A stretch of DNA of 64,000 nucleotides from an uncultured Acidobacteriota bacterium (GCA_963713825.1 CAVQNG010000003.1:544001-608000), one strand, 5' to 3'. Positions 51,840 through 62,024 are shown, counted from the stretch's first letter. Notes: generated from the letters alone by a model not told the origin. Translations and numbers: made by a program.

Positions 51840-53132
51840 GTGAAAGAAACAACTCTCACCGCCGCCGACCATTCCTGGCTTCGCCTGCAAGAGGCTGCCA
51901 ATCCGATGGCTTCGCTGGCGGTCCTATTCTTCGCCGATGTGCTACCCATCGACGCCCTGAAGGCCCTGGTCGAAGATCGACTGATGTCCTACGAGCGTTT
52001 CCGCCAGAGCATTCAGCCCTCCAGGCTGCCTCGGGCCCGACCCCGGTGGCACGAGGGAGACGACTTCGCTCTCGATCACCATCTGTACCGCGCCACCCTG
52101 TCACCGCAGGGCACGGAGCGAGACCTGGAGACATTTATCGGCCGGCTCCTTTCCGAACCGATGCCAGAGGACCAACCCCTCTGGCAACTTCATCTGGTCG
52201 AGGAAGTCGCTGGCGGATCGGTGCTGGTGGTAAAGATCCATCAGAGTGTGGCCGACGGCACCTCAGCTTCCAGGATCGTGCTCGGACTGGGCGATGTGGA
52301 GTCGAGCGAAGGCGCTCCAGAGATCGTCGACCAGGGGCTGGGGAACCACATCGAGACCGAAGAGATCGTCGAGGCCGCCAACCAACCGGGCTCCACGGTT
52401 CGCTCTCTATGCCGTCTGATCGCTCAGCGTTCGGACACCGATTCCCCACTGATGGGCAAGCCGACAAACCCGCGACAGGTGGCCTGGTCGCAGGGTTTTC
52501 CCATACTCAGGCTCAAGAGCTTCGCAACCCGACTGGAGGCCACCGAAACCGAGCTCCTCATCGTCGCGGTTGCAGCGAGCCTTCGGCAGGAGCTCACGCG
52601 ACTCAACCTGCTGCCAGAATCGGCGCTCTTGCGCGCGGTTGTACCGTGCAACCTTCGCAGTCCGGATCAGGAACTTCTCGGCAGCCGGTTCAGCCTGGCA
52701 ATGCTGCCTCTGCCCGTCGGCAGAACCACCGTCCACTCCCGCCTCCGGAAGCTCCGCCAAGATCTCGAGGAGCTCGGATCCGCACCAGGGTCGCTGGCCA
52801 CCTTCCAAGACCCAGGAGATCCCGGATTCCGGATGTCGGAGGTTGAAGATCAGATCACGCGGCAACTCGCCAAGAAGACCACCCTTCTTCTCTCCTTTGC
52901 GCCTCAACCGACGGAGCCACTCTATTTCTGTGGGCAGAGGCTCGAGCATTGGCTCTTCTGGCCCGCCCAGGCCGGCCCGCAGAGACTTTGTTTCGGGCTG
53001 TCGGCGACCTCCGACCAACTCCGTCTCGGAGTCACCGTCGATGCAGGATCAGCCGCCGATCCTCGTCGCCTGACCCAGGCCTTCGACCAGGCTCTGGCCG
53101 AAATCGCCGCAGCTTCCGGCGAGACAACTTGA
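51840..53132 (+). CDS. Wax ester synthase/DGAT family protein (degenerate active site)
   Basis: LTAADHSWL, RFRQ, PLWQLHLV, KIHQSVADG, VPCNLR. Confidence 0.8.
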   Translation: MKETTLTAADHSWLRLQEAANPMASLAVLFFADVLPIDALKALVEDRLMSYERFRQSIQPSRLPRARPRWHEGDDFALDHHLYRATLSPQGTERDLETFIGRLLSEPMPEDQPLWQLHLVEEVAGGSVLVVKIHQSVADGTSASRIVLGLGDVESSEGAPEIVDQGLGNHIETEEIVEAANQPGSTVRSLCRLIAQRSDTDSPLMGKPTNPRQVAWSQGFPILRLKSFATRLEATETELLIVAVAASLRQELTRLNLLPESALLRAVVPCNLRSPDQELLGSRFSLAMLPLPVGRTTVHSRLRKLRQDLEELGSAPGSLATFQDPGDPGFRMSEVEDQITRQLAKKTTLLLSFAPQPTEPLYFCGQRLEHWLFWPAQAGPQRLCFGLSATSDQLRLGVTVDAGSAADPRRLTQAFDQALAEIAAASGETT

Positions 53133-53873
53133 TCAATCGAACGGGTTGGCTTCCCAGGAGCCGTAGCTCGGATTCGGAAAGATGAAGAATCGGGAGCCGT
53201 AGTCACCAAAAGCCTCTGGAGAAGAGAGTCTCGATTCCTGGCTCATTTCGGGGAAGTCGTTGATGTTGTCACCGAGCCACATGACGATCTCGACCGGCGG
53301 CACGCCAGGTGATGCCGTGCCCCCCTCGATCTTCTCCCAGCGTGGCTCCTTTTCGCGGTCATCAGTGCGGCAGAGCAGAACGTCGAACGGTATGTCGGAG
53401 GCTTCCAGGTTGGCTCGGGTGTCGGGGCAATCACGATCCCTCCTGTTGGTCACAACGGCGATGTGCCCACCCAACTCCTGAATGAGACCCAGAAATTCCA
53501 GGGCCCCCGGCAAGGGCTCTGCGGCTTGCTTGGCCACCCAGGCCACCCACAGCTCGTCCGTGGAATCCTGACCGAGTTCTACCAGTTCCTTCTCGTAGTC
53601 CAGATTGCTGATCAGGGTCTCGTCGGCGTCCAGTGCGACCGCCCAGGTCCCTGGCTTCTTCCCCTCCACGCTCTTCCTGAGCTCCTGCCCAGCGAGAGAG
53701 TACGTCTGCAGAACGATGGCCTGGAATTCTGCAGAGTTCCGCATCCAATGTACGGCGCGCTTCAGGTCCGAATTGGTCGGGCTGGTGGATTGCGCGGGCT
53801 GTGGCGGAGCGGTCCCGCCTGATGAGCAGGCAACTACAAAAACGCAGCAGGCGAGAGAGGCGAAATGCTTCAT
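53133..53873 (-). CDS. Class C HAD acid phosphatase / e(P4)-like lipoprotein
   Basis: Lipobox VVAC; LDADETLISN, VTNR, GDNINDF, PNPSYGSWE. Confidence 0.88.
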   Translation of the reverse strand: MKHFASLACCVFVVACSSGGTAPPQPAQSTSPTNSDLKRAVHWMRNSAEFQAIVLQTYSLAGQELRKSVEGKKPGTWAVALDADETLISNLDYEKELVELGQDSTDELWVAWVAKQAAEPLPGALEFLGLIQELGGHIAVVTNRRDRDCPDTRANLEASDIPFDVLLCRTDDREKEPRWEKIEGGTASPGVPPVEIVMWLGDNINDFPEMSQESRLSSPEAFGDYGSRFFIFPNPSYGSWEANPFD

Positions 53874-53967
53874 TGGGGAGACCCTCCGTTCGAATCGAAA
53901 CGCCGATTCTACTAGCTCGGGCGATCCTACGCTCGACCGACGAACTCACGGTACACTGACGACCATC

Positions 53968-54183
53968 ATGAAGACTTGGCTACTCGAGATCCCGTGGTCA
54001 CTGCTCATCCTCGCTTGCCTGACCCTCGGCCTGGCACCCTTTGCTCCTCCCCATATCGTGGAGAAGCTGCGCATGCTCTTTCGCGGCACACTGGTGCGGC
54101 CCATCGACTGGCTCGATCTGGTGTTCCACGGAATTCCCTGGCTGCTCCTCATCCTCAAAGCCTGGGCCACCGCCACGAAATAG
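53968..54183 (+). CDS. Small membrane protein
   Basis: 71 aa; LTLGLAPFAPPHIVEKL..RPIDWLDLVFHGIPW. Confidence 0.75.
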   Translation: MKTWLLEIPWSLLILACLTLGLAPFAPPHIVEKLRMLFRGTLVRPIDWLDLVFHGIPWLLLILKAWATATK

Positions 54184-54189
54184 AGGACA

Positions 54190-54360
54190 GGGCGTAGGGG
54201 CGTAGGGGCGTAGGGGCGTAGGGGCGTAGAAGACAATACCCAATAGCTCAAGACCTCAGTGCCCCTCAAGCCCCCAAAGGCAGGCCGTAGGAACGCCGGC
54301 CTCCTCAACCCCCAAGCCCTCAAAGAACGTCGGGCGGTGAGCCGGACGCCTCAACCCTCA
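54190..54360 (-). repeat. Dispersed modular hairpin repeat, family 1, copy E, with five-copy GGGGCGTA tail
   Basis: On - strand begins at the ATPase TGA: TGAGGGTTGAGG-hairpin-TTTGAGGGCTTGGGGGTTGAGG-hairpin-TTTGGGGGCTTGAGGGGCA...; octamer x5 at 54190-54229. Confidence 0.88.
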
Positions 54361-56301
54361 AGGTTCCGAGTCCTCGAGGGGCCGCAAGAGCCTGAGCCCG
54401 TTGAGGACGACCAGAATCGTGCTGCCTTCATGGCCGATGACACCAACGGGTAGCGCCAGGCCGTGGATCAGGTTTACCACCACGAGAATGGCAATGACGG
54501 CACAGGCGAATGCCAGATTCTGGCGCACGATTCGCTGCGACTTGCGGGCCAATCGAACGGCATAGGGAAGCAGCTTCAGCTCGTCGCGAACCAGCACCAA
54601 ATCGGCCGTCTCCAGAGCGGCATCGGTACCGGAGACGCCCATGGCCACACCGACCGTCGCGGCAGCCAAGGCTGGCGCATCGTTGACCCCGTCGCCCACC
54701 ATGGCAACCCGCTGCCCTTCTGCCATCATGGCGCGGACGATCGCCACCTTTTCTTCGGGCATCACCTCGGCGTTCCAGTCGTCCACCCCCACGGCCTCGG
54801 CCACCCTTCGGGCCACAACGGGGTTATCGCCGGTCATCATCACCGTTCGATGGGTGCCCAGCCGCTTCAGCTGCTCGATTGCCGACCGCGCTTCTGGCCG
54901 GACCTGATCTTCGATCGCCAGAGCGCCTGAGACCCCATCGCCGGAGAGAAAGACCACGGTTCGGGCTTGCGCCTGCAGAAGCTCGACCTGCTTCATCTCC
55001 TGAGCATCTGGCGCCTGCCCACCCATCTCGATGATGAAGTCCAGGCGGCCAACGGCGATCTCTCGACCCGAGACCTCGGCCACCGCGCCTCGACCCCGAT
55101 GATTCACCAGACCGTGAGCCAAGGGTACCGAGAGGTTCCTCGCCTCCGCTGATTCGACGATTGCACGCCCCAGATGATGTTCCGAAAGGCGCTCCACCGC
55201 AGCCGCCCACCTCAGAACGTCGTCAGCTGCTGACTTCCCGAATGGCACAACAGAGGTCACCACGGGGTGACCTCCGGTGAGGGTGCCCGTCTTGTCGAAG
55301 GCAAAGCTGTCGATAGAGGCTAACTCCTCCAGGGGCGATCCGCCTTTGAAGAGTAGCCCCTTGCGAGCGGCATGTCCGAGGGCCGCCAGAATCGTGGCCG
55401 GGGTCGAGATGACCACGGCACAAGGTGACGCCACGACCAGGAGTGTCATGGCACGATAGAACGCCGGCCGAAACGCCTCACCGAGGGCAACCGGCAAGAC
55501 CACCGCAACAGCCGCCGCGAAGATCACCGTCGCTGCATAACCCTGCTCGAATCGATCGATGAACCTCTGGGTCGGAGCTTTGGCCTCGCGCGCTTCCTCC
55601 ACCAACTCGATGATGCGGGCCAACGTCGACTCCGAAGCTCGCCGCTCGACCGAGACTTCGGCCGTCCCACCCACGTTGATGGAGCCGGCAAAGACCCGAT
55701 CTCCTGGCCCCTTGGGCTCCGGTGTGGACTCCCCCGTGATGGCGGCCTGGTCCGCTGCCGTATGGCCCGAGACGACCTGGCCATCGACCGGAATGCGCTC
55801 GCCCGGCCGAATTCTGACGATCTGTCCAGGCTCGAGCTCCTCTGCCGCCACCTTTTTCTCGCTACCGTCCGGTGCCAGCAGCATGGCCTCGTCCGGCCGC
55901 AACTCCATGAGCGACTCGATCGCGCGCGTGGTGCGCCGCAAGGCTCGCGTCTCTAGTGCGTTGGAGAGCGAGAAGAGAAAGAGCAGCGCCGCTCCCTCGG
56001 CGTACTCACCGATGCTTGCTGCACCGAGCGCGGAAAGCAGCATCAGCAGGTCGATGTCGAGGCGCCTGTCCTTCAAGCTCTGAATCGAGCGCCCGAGGCT
56101 GAAGGCACCACCCGCAGCATAGGCTGCCGCAAAAGCCAACATCTCGGCCCACCGGGGCCACCCAAACAGGTCCGGGCCGAGCCATCCAACGAGCGCCAAC
56201 GCGCCGCAGACCACCGGTGTCCAGATGGGTTCTTTGCCGTCCGCCAGGGCCTGAACCCAGGCGGGAAGAGCCTCCTGTTGACCTTGTCTTGGAGTGCTCA
56301 T
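54358..56301 (-). CDS. Heavy-metal P1B-4-type ATPase
   Basis: TGES, SPC, DKTGT, GDGVND, GHEGST; no N-terminal metal-binding domain. Confidence 0.93.
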   Translation of the reverse strand: MSTPRQGQQEALPAWVQALADGKEPIWTPVVCGALALVGWLGPDLFGWPRWAEMLAFAAAYAAGGAFSLGRSIQSLKDRRLDIDLLMLLSALGAASIGEYAEGAALLFLFSLSNALETRALRRTTRAIESLMELRPDEAMLLAPDGSEKKVAAEELEPGQIVRIRPGERIPVDGQVVSGHTAADQAAITGESTPEPKGPGDRVFAGSINVGGTAEVSVERRASESTLARIIELVEEAREAKAPTQRFIDRFEQGYAATVIFAAAVAVVLPVALGEAFRPAFYRAMTLLVVASPCAVVISTPATILAALGHAARKGLLFKGGSPLEELASIDSFAFDKTGTLTGGHPVVTSVVPFGKSAADDVLRWAAAVERLSEHHLGRAIVESAEARNLSVPLAHGLVNHRGRGAVAEVSGREIAVGRLDFIIEMGGQAPDAQEMKQVELLQAQARTVVFLSGDGVSGALAIEDQVRPEARSAIEQLKRLGTHRTVMMTGDNPVVARRVAEAVGVDDWNAEVMPEEKVAIVRAMMAEGQRVAMVGDGVNDAPALAAATVGVAMGVSGTDAALETADLVLVRDELKLLPYAVRLARKSQRIVRQNLAFACAVIAILVVVNLIHGLALPVGVIGHEGSTILVVLNGLRLLRPLEDSEP

Positions 56302-56423
56302 GAATCGAGAAGGGACGCGCCAGCTTGCCATTCTAGCTCGCAGGCTCCGATCTGCAGGTCGAACCGACGCCGACTCGACCCGGGGCCCCGAGTCTGATTA
56401 ACTCCCATCACGAACTCTCGAGC

Positions 56424-57299
56424 ATGACGACCTACCTCATCGATGCGAGTCCGTACATCTTTCGGGCTCACTTCTCCATGCCTTCGTCCCTTGTGGACCC
56501 GGAAGGCCGGCCGGCGGGTGCCACCTACGGATTCGCCTCCTTCCTTCTCAAGCTCCTCGCCGAAGAGCAACCCAGCCATCTGGCCGTGGCTTTCGATGGC
56601 AGCCTGACCACGAGTTTTCGCAACGAGCTCTACCCGGAGTACAAGGCCAAAAGGGAGACTCCACCAAAAGAGCTGGTGAGCCAACTGGAAGCCTGCCGCC
56701 GTGTGGCGGAGTGCTTGGGGATGGCGACCTTTATTGACCAGTCCTACGAGGCCGACGATCTGATCGGTACCCTGGTGGATCGGGTAACCGGCAGCGACCA
56801 GGCGGCTGTCATCGTGACCTCTGACAAGGACCTGGCGCAGCTCGTCTCCGAGGATGTCACCCTTTTGGACTTCGCTCGGGATGCCCGCTATTCGATCCCA
56901 GCGGTGCAGGAGAAGTTCGGTGTGCGACCCGATCAGATTGTCGATCTTCTGGCCCTGGCCGGCGACGCCGTGGACAACATCCCGGGTGTGCGGGGAATCG
57001 GTGGCAAGACCGCGGTTGCCCTGCTGCAATCGTTCGGCGATTTGGAGACTCTGTACGAGCGCCTGGACGAAGTCGAGGAGCTCCCCATTCGCGGCGCCGC
57101 TTCGGTGCGCGCCAAGCTCGAGGTCGGTCGCAACATGGCCTTTCTCTCGCAGGAGCTCGCCACCGTCGACTGTCGGATCGCCCTCGAAGTGAGACTCGAA
57201 GACCTGGCCTATGTCGGTGCCGACCGAGATTGTATCGAGACGCTATTCCGGGAGCTCGGCTTCGAACGCATCCGCCAGCGAATCAAGATATGGGCTTGA
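56424..57299 (+). CDS. Stand-alone 5'-3' exonuclease / flap endonuclease
   Basis: LIDAS, FRNELYPEYK, EADD, SDKD, GDAVDNIPGV.GIG.KTA. Confidence 0.92.
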   Translation: MTTYLIDASPYIFRAHFSMPSSLVDPEGRPAGATYGFASFLLKLLAEEQPSHLAVAFDGSLTTSFRNELYPEYKAKRETPPKELVSQLEACRRVAECLGMATFIDQSYEADDLIGTLVDRVTGSDQAAVIVTSDKDLAQLVSEDVTLLDFARDARYSIPAVQEKFGVRPDQIVDLLALAGDAVDNIPGVRGIGGKTAVALLQSFGDLETLYERLDEVEELPIRGAASVRAKLEVGRNMAFLSQELATVDCRIALEVRLEDLAYVGADRDCIETLFRELGFERIRQRIKIWA

Positions 57300-57513
57300 G
57301 ATCACTGCGGCTAGAGCCAAGGGCTCTTGTGCACAGGCTCCTGAGGTAGACTTTCCACCTCTTGTCGAAGAAGCGAGACCGATCCTGCCTCGACAAGGTC
57401 GGAGCACCTTCTCGAGGGTTGGCAGCGCTGACCGGTGGCGGGTTTCTCTCTCGTTTTCGTAAAGGATGAGTAGAACACCAAGTATCCAGGCCCTCGAAGG
57501 AGAAACAACAGAA

Positions 57514-58422
57514 ATGAGAAACCTCCGAAGATCCGTGTCTCTGTCGACTCTGGCCCTAGTAGTAGCCCTGGTCTTCCCAGGCCTCGCCACGGCGGGTCAC
57601 TACTACGAGGCCGTCACCACCAGCGATACCGGCCAAAAGAAGAAGCAGCAGGATGTGATGCAAGTGCGAGCCTGGGTGGACGGTGAGGCCGCCAAGGTGG
57701 AATTCGTGACCGGCGAGAAAGAGGGGCCCTTCTCTGCGGGCTCCTACCTGGTCACCAAGGACGGTGGTGAAACGGTCTACCTCGTCAACCCGAAAGACGA
57801 GACCTACGGCTCCTTCGATATGGAAGCGATGATGGCCGCCGCTGGTCAGGCCATGAACGCTCTGAGCCAAACAGGCGGCATGGTGAAGATGGAGTTCACC
57901 AACGTCTCCAGCGAAATGCTCTCCGAGGAGGCCGGCGGCAACGTGCTCGGCCATGACACAACCCACTACCGCTGGCAGAGCGGCTACACCATGCGCATGA
58001 AGATGATGGGCTTCAAACAGGAGAACCGGGTCGACACGATCCAGGATGTCTGGAGCACCGATGCTCTGGATGCCAGAGGTTTCGGCGTCTGGATGCGGCC
58101 GGACCGAGCCTTGAGAACCGGCAATGAGGAGTTCGACAAGCTCATCAGCTCCCAGGTCGCAACGGTCAAGGGCTTCCCGCTGAAGACGGTCAACGTCTCG
58201 ACCACGACCGGCAAAAAGGGCAAGTCGATGCAGACCACCTCGACCACCGAGGTGACCACACTGCGTGAGGAGTCCATCCCGGGCTCGACTTTCGGCTGGC
58301 CCGACCACTACACCGAGGTCGAGATCCTCCCCCAGATGCCCCAGGGCTCCGATCAGCAGGGCGAGACCCAGGACGATGGCAAGAAGAAAGGACTCAAGGG
58401 CCTCTTCAAGCCGGGTGGTTGA
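57514..58422 (+). CDS. Exported DUF4412-like protein
   Basis: Signal peptide; YLVNPKDETY, VLGHDTTHY, GFPLK. Confidence 0.7.
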   Translation: MRNLRRSVSLSTLALVVALVFPGLATAGHYYEAVTTSDTGQKKKQQDVMQVRAWVDGEAAKVEFVTGEKEGPFSAGSYLVTKDGGETVYLVNPKDETYGSFDMEAMMAAAGQAMNALSQTGGMVKMEFTNVSSEMLSEEAGGNVLGHDTTHYRWQSGYTMRMKMMGFKQENRVDTIQDVWSTDALDARGFGVWMRPDRALRTGNEEFDKLISSQVATVKGFPLKTVNVSTTTGKKGKSMQTTSTTEVTTLREESIPGSTFGWPDHYTEVEILPQMPQGSDQQGETQDDGKKKGLKGLFKPGG

Positions 58423-58572
58423 TCGGAAAGGAACCACCTCATGATTCGACGAACTCTGGCCTGTGAGCTCTGCCCCCAGTTCGCCGACGTCATCCTGCAA
58501 GAGTCAGGGCCGGCTCCGGCTCCAGTGGTAGAGTCTCCGGGCATCTCACGAACTCGAGACAGGAACGAGCCC

Positions 58573-59730
58573 ATGAAGCCGCCGCGCTCCATCACTCTGC
58601 TTGTCGTTGCCGTGCTTTTCGGCGCGGTGTCGGCCCAGGCCCAGTTCAACCTCAACAAGCTGAAGAAAGCTGCCGAAACAGCGCTCGACGTGGCTGATAC
58701 GGTGGACGACTTCACCTTTTCCGAAGCTGAGGAAGTCGAACTGGGACTGGCTATCAGTAACCGGATTCGAGCTCGATATGGTGTGGCCCAGGACCCCGAG
58801 GTGACGCGCTACATGAGCCTGGTTGGCGCCACGGTAGCGCAGAAGAGTGGACGGCCCTCCATTCCCTGGCAGTGGATCGTCCTCAATTCCAACATCGTCA
58901 ACGCCTTCGCTGCTCCGGGCGGCTATGTCCACGTCACCCGCGGTGCGTTGGCGGTGATCGAGAGCGAAGCGGAGCTCGCCGGGGTACTGGCCCACGAGGC
59001 GGCTCATGTCACCCGCAAGCACACGCTGAAAGCCCTGCAGAAGTCCATGGGAATGGATCTGGCCCAGAATCAGGCCTCGTTCACCGTGGGCTCGGCTCTG
59101 TTCGAAGCGGCCGCGGACCAGGCAGCCAAGGCGGTGCTGGCTGGCTTCGGCCAGGCCGAGGAGTTGGAGGCTGACCAGGTAGGCATCGAGATCGCCGCCC
59201 GGGTCGGATATCAGGCAGCTGGCTTGAGCAACTTCCTGGGCTCCTTGAATACGCTAACCTCTGGATCTTCTTCGAGCTCTGCGCTCTTCCGCTCCCATCC
59301 CGAAACCGACGAGCGGATCAAGAAGCTCGACAAGACGATCCGGCAGGATCACCTTGACGGTGGGGTTTGGCTGGCGGAGCGCTACGCTGCCGAGGTGACC
59401 TACGAGGTGGCGACAGCAAGCACAGGCGGACCCGGAGTCGCGGGGGGAAGGGGCGTAGCCGGCGCGAGCGAAGGCGATGCACCCGCAGAGGACGAGGTTG
59501 CAGAAGAGGAAGAAGAGGATAAGGCTGGGTTCTCGCTCGCCAAGCTCGCCAATCCCTTCGCCATGGGTGAGGAAGAGAGCTCTGCAGAGGTAACGGGTGC
59601 CGGAGCGGGACGGGCCGTGGGTGAAGAAGCTGGAGAGGCAGAAGGCGGTGTCAAGAACACCGAGATCGTCGAGATCCAGCTGACACCCGAGGAGCTCGCG
59701 ACCTTCCAGAAAGAGGGCGGCCTGAAGTAG
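58573..59730 (+). CDS. Exported M48 family metalloprotease
   Basis: NAFAAPGG, ELAGVLAHEAAH, ELEAD, SHP..ERI. Confidence 0.9.
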   Translation: MKPPRSITLLVVAVLFGAVSAQAQFNLNKLKKAAETALDVADTVDDFTFSEAEEVELGLAISNRIRARYGVAQDPEVTRYMSLVGATVAQKSGRPSIPWQWIVLNSNIVNAFAAPGGYVHVTRGALAVIESEAELAGVLAHEAAHVTRKHTLKALQKSMGMDLAQNQASFTVGSALFEAAADQAAKAVLAGFGQAEELEADQVGIEIAARVGYQAAGLSNFLGSLNTLTSGSSSSSALFRSHPETDERIKKLDKTIRQDHLDGGVWLAERYAAEVTYEVATASTGGPGVAGGRGVAGASEGDAPAEDEVAEEEEEDKAGFSLAKLANPFAMGEEESSAEVTGAGAGRAVGEEAGEAEGGVKNTEIVEIQLTPEELATFQKEGGLK

Positions 59731-59739
59731 GGTCCCTCT

Positions 59740-61665
59740 GTGAAGAGGCCATCCAAGCGGTCCGCTCTCGTAGCTCTCGCACTGACCTGTGCCCTGCTTG
59801 GCCTACTTGCGAGCCAGACCACCTTTCTCCGCACACTGGAGCTCAAGACTCTCGACCTGCGGTTCCGCCTTTTGGGCGATCAGGGCGTGGCTTCGATCGA
59901 TATCGTCCTCGTCGCCATTGACGACGCCAGTCTCAAGACTCTCGAGCCGGCGGTGGGTCGGTGGCCATGGCCAAGGGAGGCTCACTCCGTCCTGCTGAGC
60001 TACCTGAATCGTGCAGGCGCTCGCCTGGTGGTCTTCGACCTTCTTTTCCTCGAACGCGATCTGCAGAACCCCGGGAGCGATGAAGCCTTCGGTGAGGCAA
60101 CCACACTGTCAGGCAATGTTGTCCATTCCATCCACCTCGGCAATCAACAGACTTCTGAAGCCCCACCAGACCTGTTGACCAGCACTTCGATCCCCTCTGT
60201 CGGCAGCTTCGACCAATTCGCTGGCGCCGACTTTCCTCTGCAGCCGATCGCGCGGGGAGCCCAAGGCCTGGGTCACGTTGCGATGACCTTGGACCAGGAC
60301 GGCCCCTGGCGACGTTACCTGCTGCTCGCGGCTCACAACGGTCGGCTGCTGCCATCCCTCGGACTGAGCAGCGCTCTTGCCAGCGAGGGAACCGAGCTCG
60401 GGTCACTCGCTTTCGATGAGCGTCAGGTCCGCGTCGGCGATGCCGAGATTCCTCTCGACAGAGACTGGCGCCTGCCCATTTGGTTCAACGGCGGTCCCGG
60501 TACCTATGCAAAGTACCCTTACGGCCAGCTCTTCTACTCTGAGCTGCAGCTGCGCGAAGATCAGGAACCAGGCCTCGATCCGTCTCTCTTCGCCGACAAG
60601 ATCGTCATTGTCGGGCTCTCCGCAGCGGGCCTGCACGACATCTTCACAACTCCCTACAGCGGAGGCAAAGGTGAGCCGGGCGAGGGTCTCGGGAAGATGA
60701 ACGGCTTCGAGATCCACGCCAATGTGATCGACGATCTTCTGCACCAGCGCTTCCTGCGACAGTCCCCTCCTTGGCAACGATTGGGACTGGTCCTATTGGT
60801 GGCCCTGGTGACCGTCGGCCTGACCCTGTACACCGGTCTGGCGCCCGCACTGGCCGGCGCGGTACTGGTGCCCCTGGCCTATCTGGCCTTCGTGCAGTGG
60901 GACTTCGGCTACCGAAACCAGTTGCCAGTGGTGAGCGTGATGCTCTCCTGGGCCCTGGCGCTGACCGCGGGGCTCGTCTACCAGTACTGGGTGGAGTCGG
61001 CCGAGAAGCGCAAGGTCAAGCGGATCTTCTCCCGCTACGTCTCACCCGATGTCTACCGGGAGTTGTTGGACAATCCCGACGCTGCCTCACTCGGTGGGAC
61101 TCGGCGCGAAATGAGCGTTCTCTTTTCCGACCTTCGAGGCTTCACCACGTTCTCCGAAGGACGCACACCCGAAGAGGTCATCGACCAGCTCAATGAGTAT
61201 TTCGCCGCCATGGTGGAGGTGGTCTTCGCGCATCGCGGCACGGTGGACAAGTTCGTGGGCGACATGATCATGGCTCTCTTTGGGGCTCCCCTGGAGGATG
61301 CCGAGCACGCCGACAATGCCGTGCTCTGTGCGCTGGCAATGCAACAGCGTCTGCGGGACCTCAACTTGATCTGGAGGAAAGAAGGTCGCCCCGAGCTTGC
61401 CAGCGGCATCGGTATCAATAGCGGCGAGATGGTCGCCGGCAACCTCGGTTCCGAGAGAATCCAGAGCTACACCGTGATTGGCGACAACGTGAACCTCGGA
61501 GCCCGCATCGAGTCACTGTGCAAGGAGTTCCAGGCCGAGATCCTCACCAGCGAGTACACCGAGACCCGGCTCACCGCTGACTACGCCCTCGAGGAGCTTG
61601 GCGAAGTCACCGTCAAGGGCAAGACCCGGCCGGTACGGATCTTCCGCGTGCCACTTTCTATCTGA
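59740..61665 (+). CDS. CHASE2-domain class III adenylate cyclase
   Basis: IDDAS, GRWPWPR, D.DG..R; TM helices; FSDLRGFT, DKFVGD, YTVIGDNVNLGAR. Confidence 0.93.
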   Translation: MKRPSKRSALVALALTCALLGLLASQTTFLRTLELKTLDLRFRLLGDQGVASIDIVLVAIDDASLKTLEPAVGRWPWPREAHSVLLSYLNRAGARLVVFDLLFLERDLQNPGSDEAFGEATTLSGNVVHSIHLGNQQTSEAPPDLLTSTSIPSVGSFDQFAGADFPLQPIARGAQGLGHVAMTLDQDGPWRRYLLLAAHNGRLLPSLGLSSALASEGTELGSLAFDERQVRVGDAEIPLDRDWRLPIWFNGGPGTYAKYPYGQLFYSELQLREDQEPGLDPSLFADKIVIVGLSAAGLHDIFTTPYSGGKGEPGEGLGKMNGFEIHANVIDDLLHQRFLRQSPPWQRLGLVLLVALVTVGLTLYTGLAPALAGAVLVPLAYLAFVQWDFGYRNQLPVVSVMLSWALALTAGLVYQYWVESAEKRKVKRIFSRYVSPDVYRELLDNPDAASLGGTRREMSVLFSDLRGFTTFSEGRTPEEVIDQLNEYFAAMVEVVFAHRGTVDKFVGDMIMALFGAPLEDAEHADNAVLCALAMQQRLRDLNLIWRKEGRPELASGIGINSGEMVAGNLGSERIQSYTVIGDNVNLGARIESLCKEFQAEILTSEYTETRLTADYALEELGEVTVKGKTRPVRIFRVPLSI

Positions 61666-61689
61666 GCCCTACATAGCCACCAACGAGCG

Positions 61690-61861
61690 GAGGTCCGTCC
61701 GGGTGGTTCGCAGGCGGACGGCGTCGGCTACTCAGACTGCAACGGGCGGGCCGCCACCTTGTCACGTCATCGCGCCTCATCTCTTGTGTTCTGCGATGGT
61801 CCTTGCGCTGCGCTCGACGTGGCACCCCCTGTCGAACCACCCGGACGAACCTCTGGCACCG
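61690..61861 (-). mobile_element. MITE-like inverted-repeat element, family 2, copy 2
   Basis: Inverted repeats GAGGTCCGTCCGGGTGGTTCGCAGG (61690-61714) and CCTGTCGAACCACCCGGACGAACCTC (61828-61853); homologous to 24148-24341. Confidence 0.72.
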
Positions 61862-61870
61862 GTGGTCGCA

Positions 61871-61910
61871 TTGAGGCAGTGGGGCACTGAAGGCGTAGGG
61901 GCTTAGGGGA
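61871..61910. repeat. Family 1 repeat fragments (copy F)
   Basis: TTGAGGCAGTGGGG and GGCGTAGGGGCTTAGGGG modules. Confidence 0.6.
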
Positions 61911-61951
61911 CAGAAGACTCGTAGGTACAGAAGTACAAGGCCGTGCCCAGG

Positions 61952-62024
61952 GTTCGGCGTGGGGACCTCCAGGGGGTTCTTGCAGCGGAAGGGAGGATAG
62001 CCCCCTGGGGGCCCCACGGTGAAC
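61952..62024. repeat. Long imperfect GC-rich hairpin
   Basis: GTTC..CGTGGGGACCTCCAGGGGG / CCCCCTGGGGGCCCCACG..GAAC. Confidence 0.6.
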
